A stretch of DNA of 16,621 nt from an uncultured Myxococcales bacterium (GTDB lineage: Bacteria; Myxococcota; UBA4151). The stretch lies in the NCBI GenBank assembly GCA_964013405.1, contig CAXGWI010000074.1, forward strand, positions 1 through 16,621, read 5' to 3'. The notes beneath the pieces were generated by a model that saw only the letters and a program-made list of their open reading frames with translations, ran no database searches and was not told the DNA's origin. Shown piece by piece: positions 14,951 to 16,621 of this stretch. A program made the translations under genes and the position numbers. Each line of letters starts with the position of its first letter. Positions within the stretch are counted from its first letter, which is position 1.

Positions 14951-16620
14951 AGCGGCGGCGGCGGTCCTTGCTGGACATTGCTTCCCGGCGCGCTGGGACA
15001 AAGTTGTAATGACAGCTTACGGAGCGATTCTTTCAAATCAACACTACGGCAAAGCCTTCGGGCCTGGTCCAAAACAGGGGCTGCCTCCACCTCGCGATAT
15101 TCCTGCTCAGTGAGGAGTTTGGCGAGCGCTTGGATGTGGATGCGTGCCTCTTCGCTGTCTTCCAGCTGCACAGCCTGAATGATCAACCCGGTGTGGGCTC
15201 CTTGGAGGAGGAGCGGGTCCCCCCGTTCGATGTGCTTGCGTAGGATCTGTTCCGACCGATGGTCCGGACCCAAACTGACACGACTCCAAGTGAGTTGGAC
15301 CTCGATACGACGCATTCGGTTCTCTGCGAGACCACGGCGCCGGCACAGTCGAATCACATCCAGCAGCATCTCCACAGCCTCCTCGTGGCGCTCGTCCAGC
15401 CGGAGAAAGTTGGCTCTAACCGCCGTGGTCCGAAGCAGGTGGTCGGCAATGGTGTTGTCGGCGAACCGGGCGGTGATCTCTTGCTCCCAGGATTCGGCGG
15501 CGATGCGGTCGCCGGTGAAGAGATGGGAGAGGGTAAGCCCTTGGAGGACAGCCAACTGTAACAAGGGGCTGTCCTCTAAGGTTTCCAGGGTCTCCCAGGC
15601 TGCTGAGAAGAGGACCTGTGCCTGGGGTAGCTTGGCACGAAAGTAGGCACTCCAGGCCCGATTGCTATTGATCATGCCAAGCCACCGAGCATCCTCGGTT
15701 TCTTGGTAGGCCTTGGCATACCATTCGTCGGCCTCGCTCAGTCGAGCCTCCCGTTCCGCAACGACTCCCCGAGCATTCCACAGCGCCGTTCGCATTCGGG
15801 TGGGACCGACTTGGTCTTCAATCAGAAGCAGTGGATTTAAGGCCTCAAGCATGGCCTCTGGCCCAGCCCAGAGATCCAGATGACCCAAGCGTTCGTAGCC
15901 GATTTTCATGCGCACGGGATCGGAAGCAGGAATGTTCAGACGGGCCGCAGCCTGATCGGCCAGGCTGAGGAGGTCGAGGGCCCGATGGTGATCGAGTCGA
16001 ATGTGGGCTGATTGCCATGCACTCTCCAGCCATTGAACCGCTTCTTCGTATCGACCGGCCGCGATGAGGTGGCGGCCGATCGACTCGGCTTGGTCGCCGT
16101 TGAGCGGTCCGATCGAAGTCTGTTTGCAGGCGGCCCAGGCCTCGTGGATCTGGCGGCTTCGATTCGCCCGGATCGCCCGGTCACGTAAGCAGTCAGCGAG
16201 CATGCGGTGAGCGAAACGGTAGCCATCGTCTCTGGCCTTGAGGAGGGCTGCATTGACCAGCGCATCCAGCCATTGAGGCCGCGCCTCCAGGCCCAGGCGA
16301 CCACAGCAGAAAATCCAGTCACCATCATCGAAACTTGGACTTTCGCAGGCGGCCACTTCGAGGGCGAGGAGCGCAGCGGCGCTGTCCTCGCCAAGGATGA
16401 GTTCGATACGGACGATGAACAACTGTTCCAAGTTCGCTGGGACGCGAACCTCTGCTCCTGCTTTGAGTCGCAAGCCTTCGGGGCTTGGCTCGAGGAGACC
16501 GCGCTCCAGCCAGTCGCTGACCAGGTGGACAGCAAACAAGGGGCGCCCGCCCGAGGAAGCGACGACCTGTTCAGCAAGCACAGCGTCGAGATGGATGAGC
16601 TGGTCGAGGACTGCCCGAAT
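14947..16620 (-). CDS. C-terminal part of a STAND/AAA-ATPase-TPR protein (probably a Ser/Thr-kinase-ATPase-TPR regulator; N-terminus outside the window)
   Basis: Frame stays open from the right edge (IRAVLDQLIHLDAVLAEQVVASSGGRPLFAVHLVSDWLERGLL). GxP-like motif GGRPLF, VPANLEQL, winged-helix-type YRFAHRML, then helical TPR-like repeats (IGRHLIAAGRYEEAVQWLESA, ARLSEADEWYAKA). The kinase domain is inferred, not seen. Confidence 0.8.
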   Translation of the reverse strand: MRAVLDQLIHLDAVLAEQVVASSGGRPLFAVHLVSDWLERGLLEPSPEGLRLKAGAEVRVPANLEQLFIVRIELILGEDSAAALLALEVAACESPSFDDGDWIFCCGRLGLEARPQWLDALVNAALLKARDDGYRFAHRMLADCLRDRAIRANRSRQIHEAWAACKQTSIGPLNGDQAESIGRHLIAAGRYEEAVQWLESAWQSAHIRLDHHRALDLLSLADQAAARLNIPASDPVRMKIGYERLGHLDLWAGPEAMLEALNPLLLIEDQVGPTRMRTALWNARGVVAEREARLSEADEWYAKAYQETEDARWLGMINSNRAWSAYFRAKLPQAQVLFSAAWETLETLEDSPLLQLAVLQGLTLSHLFTGDRIAAESWEQEITARFADNTIADHLLRTTAVRANFLRLDERHEEAVEMLLDVIRLCRRRGLAENRMRRIEVQLTWSRVSLGPDHRSEQILRKHIERGDPLLLQGAHTGLIIQAVQLEDSEEARIHIQALAKLLTEQEYREVEAAPVLDQARRLCRSVDLKESLRKLSLQLCPSAPGSNVQQGPPPPL

Positions 16621-16621
16621 G

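Noticed and set aside
16579..16581. GTG start for the 544-aa ORF
   Set aside because: The frame stays open to the window edge and the sequence starts mid-domain, so the true start lies outside the window.
1..16621. CRISPR arrays, tRNA/rRNA, IS elements, selenocysteine or frameshift recoding
   Set aside because: I saw no nucleotide-level repeat arrays, RNA-gene signatures or transposases; the main ORFs are uninterrupted and the candidate Mo ligand is an ordinary TGC codon.

Overview
GC-rich, very gene-dense bacterial window. Cys-rich 'DAG'-linker lipoproteins and a STAND/TPR protein suggest a Myxococcota-like delta-proteobacterium (inference). There are four blocks. (1) 1-6392: four predicted lipoproteins around a 116-bp divergent intergenic region. 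On the - strand are a beta-helix protein, a Cys-repeat/IgGFc-binding-domain protein and a Cys-rich protein that the ORF track missed and the window edge cuts. On the + strand is a 624-aa protein with 82 Cys. (2) 6370-9151 (-): a coupled operon of a plant-FAAH-like amidase, a TIGR01777/YfcH epimerase-like protein and a small Cys4 protein. (3) 9251-14950 (+): a tightly coupled operon of pterin-4a-carbinolamine dehydratase, a fused NrfC-like 4x[4Fe-4S]/NrfD-like membrane protein, a DMSO-reductase-superfamily molybdoenzyme and an atypical TorD/DmsD-like chaperone. No subunit has a Tat signal, and the membrane domain appears N-in, which suggests a cytoplasm-facing, possibly topologically inverted, quinone-linked molybdoenzyme. 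This is the best candidate for an uncharacterised system. (4) 14947-end (-): the C-terminal part of a STAND-ATPase/TPR protein. No RNA genes, CRISPR arrays or mobile elements were seen. All family assignments come from motif recognition, not database searches.
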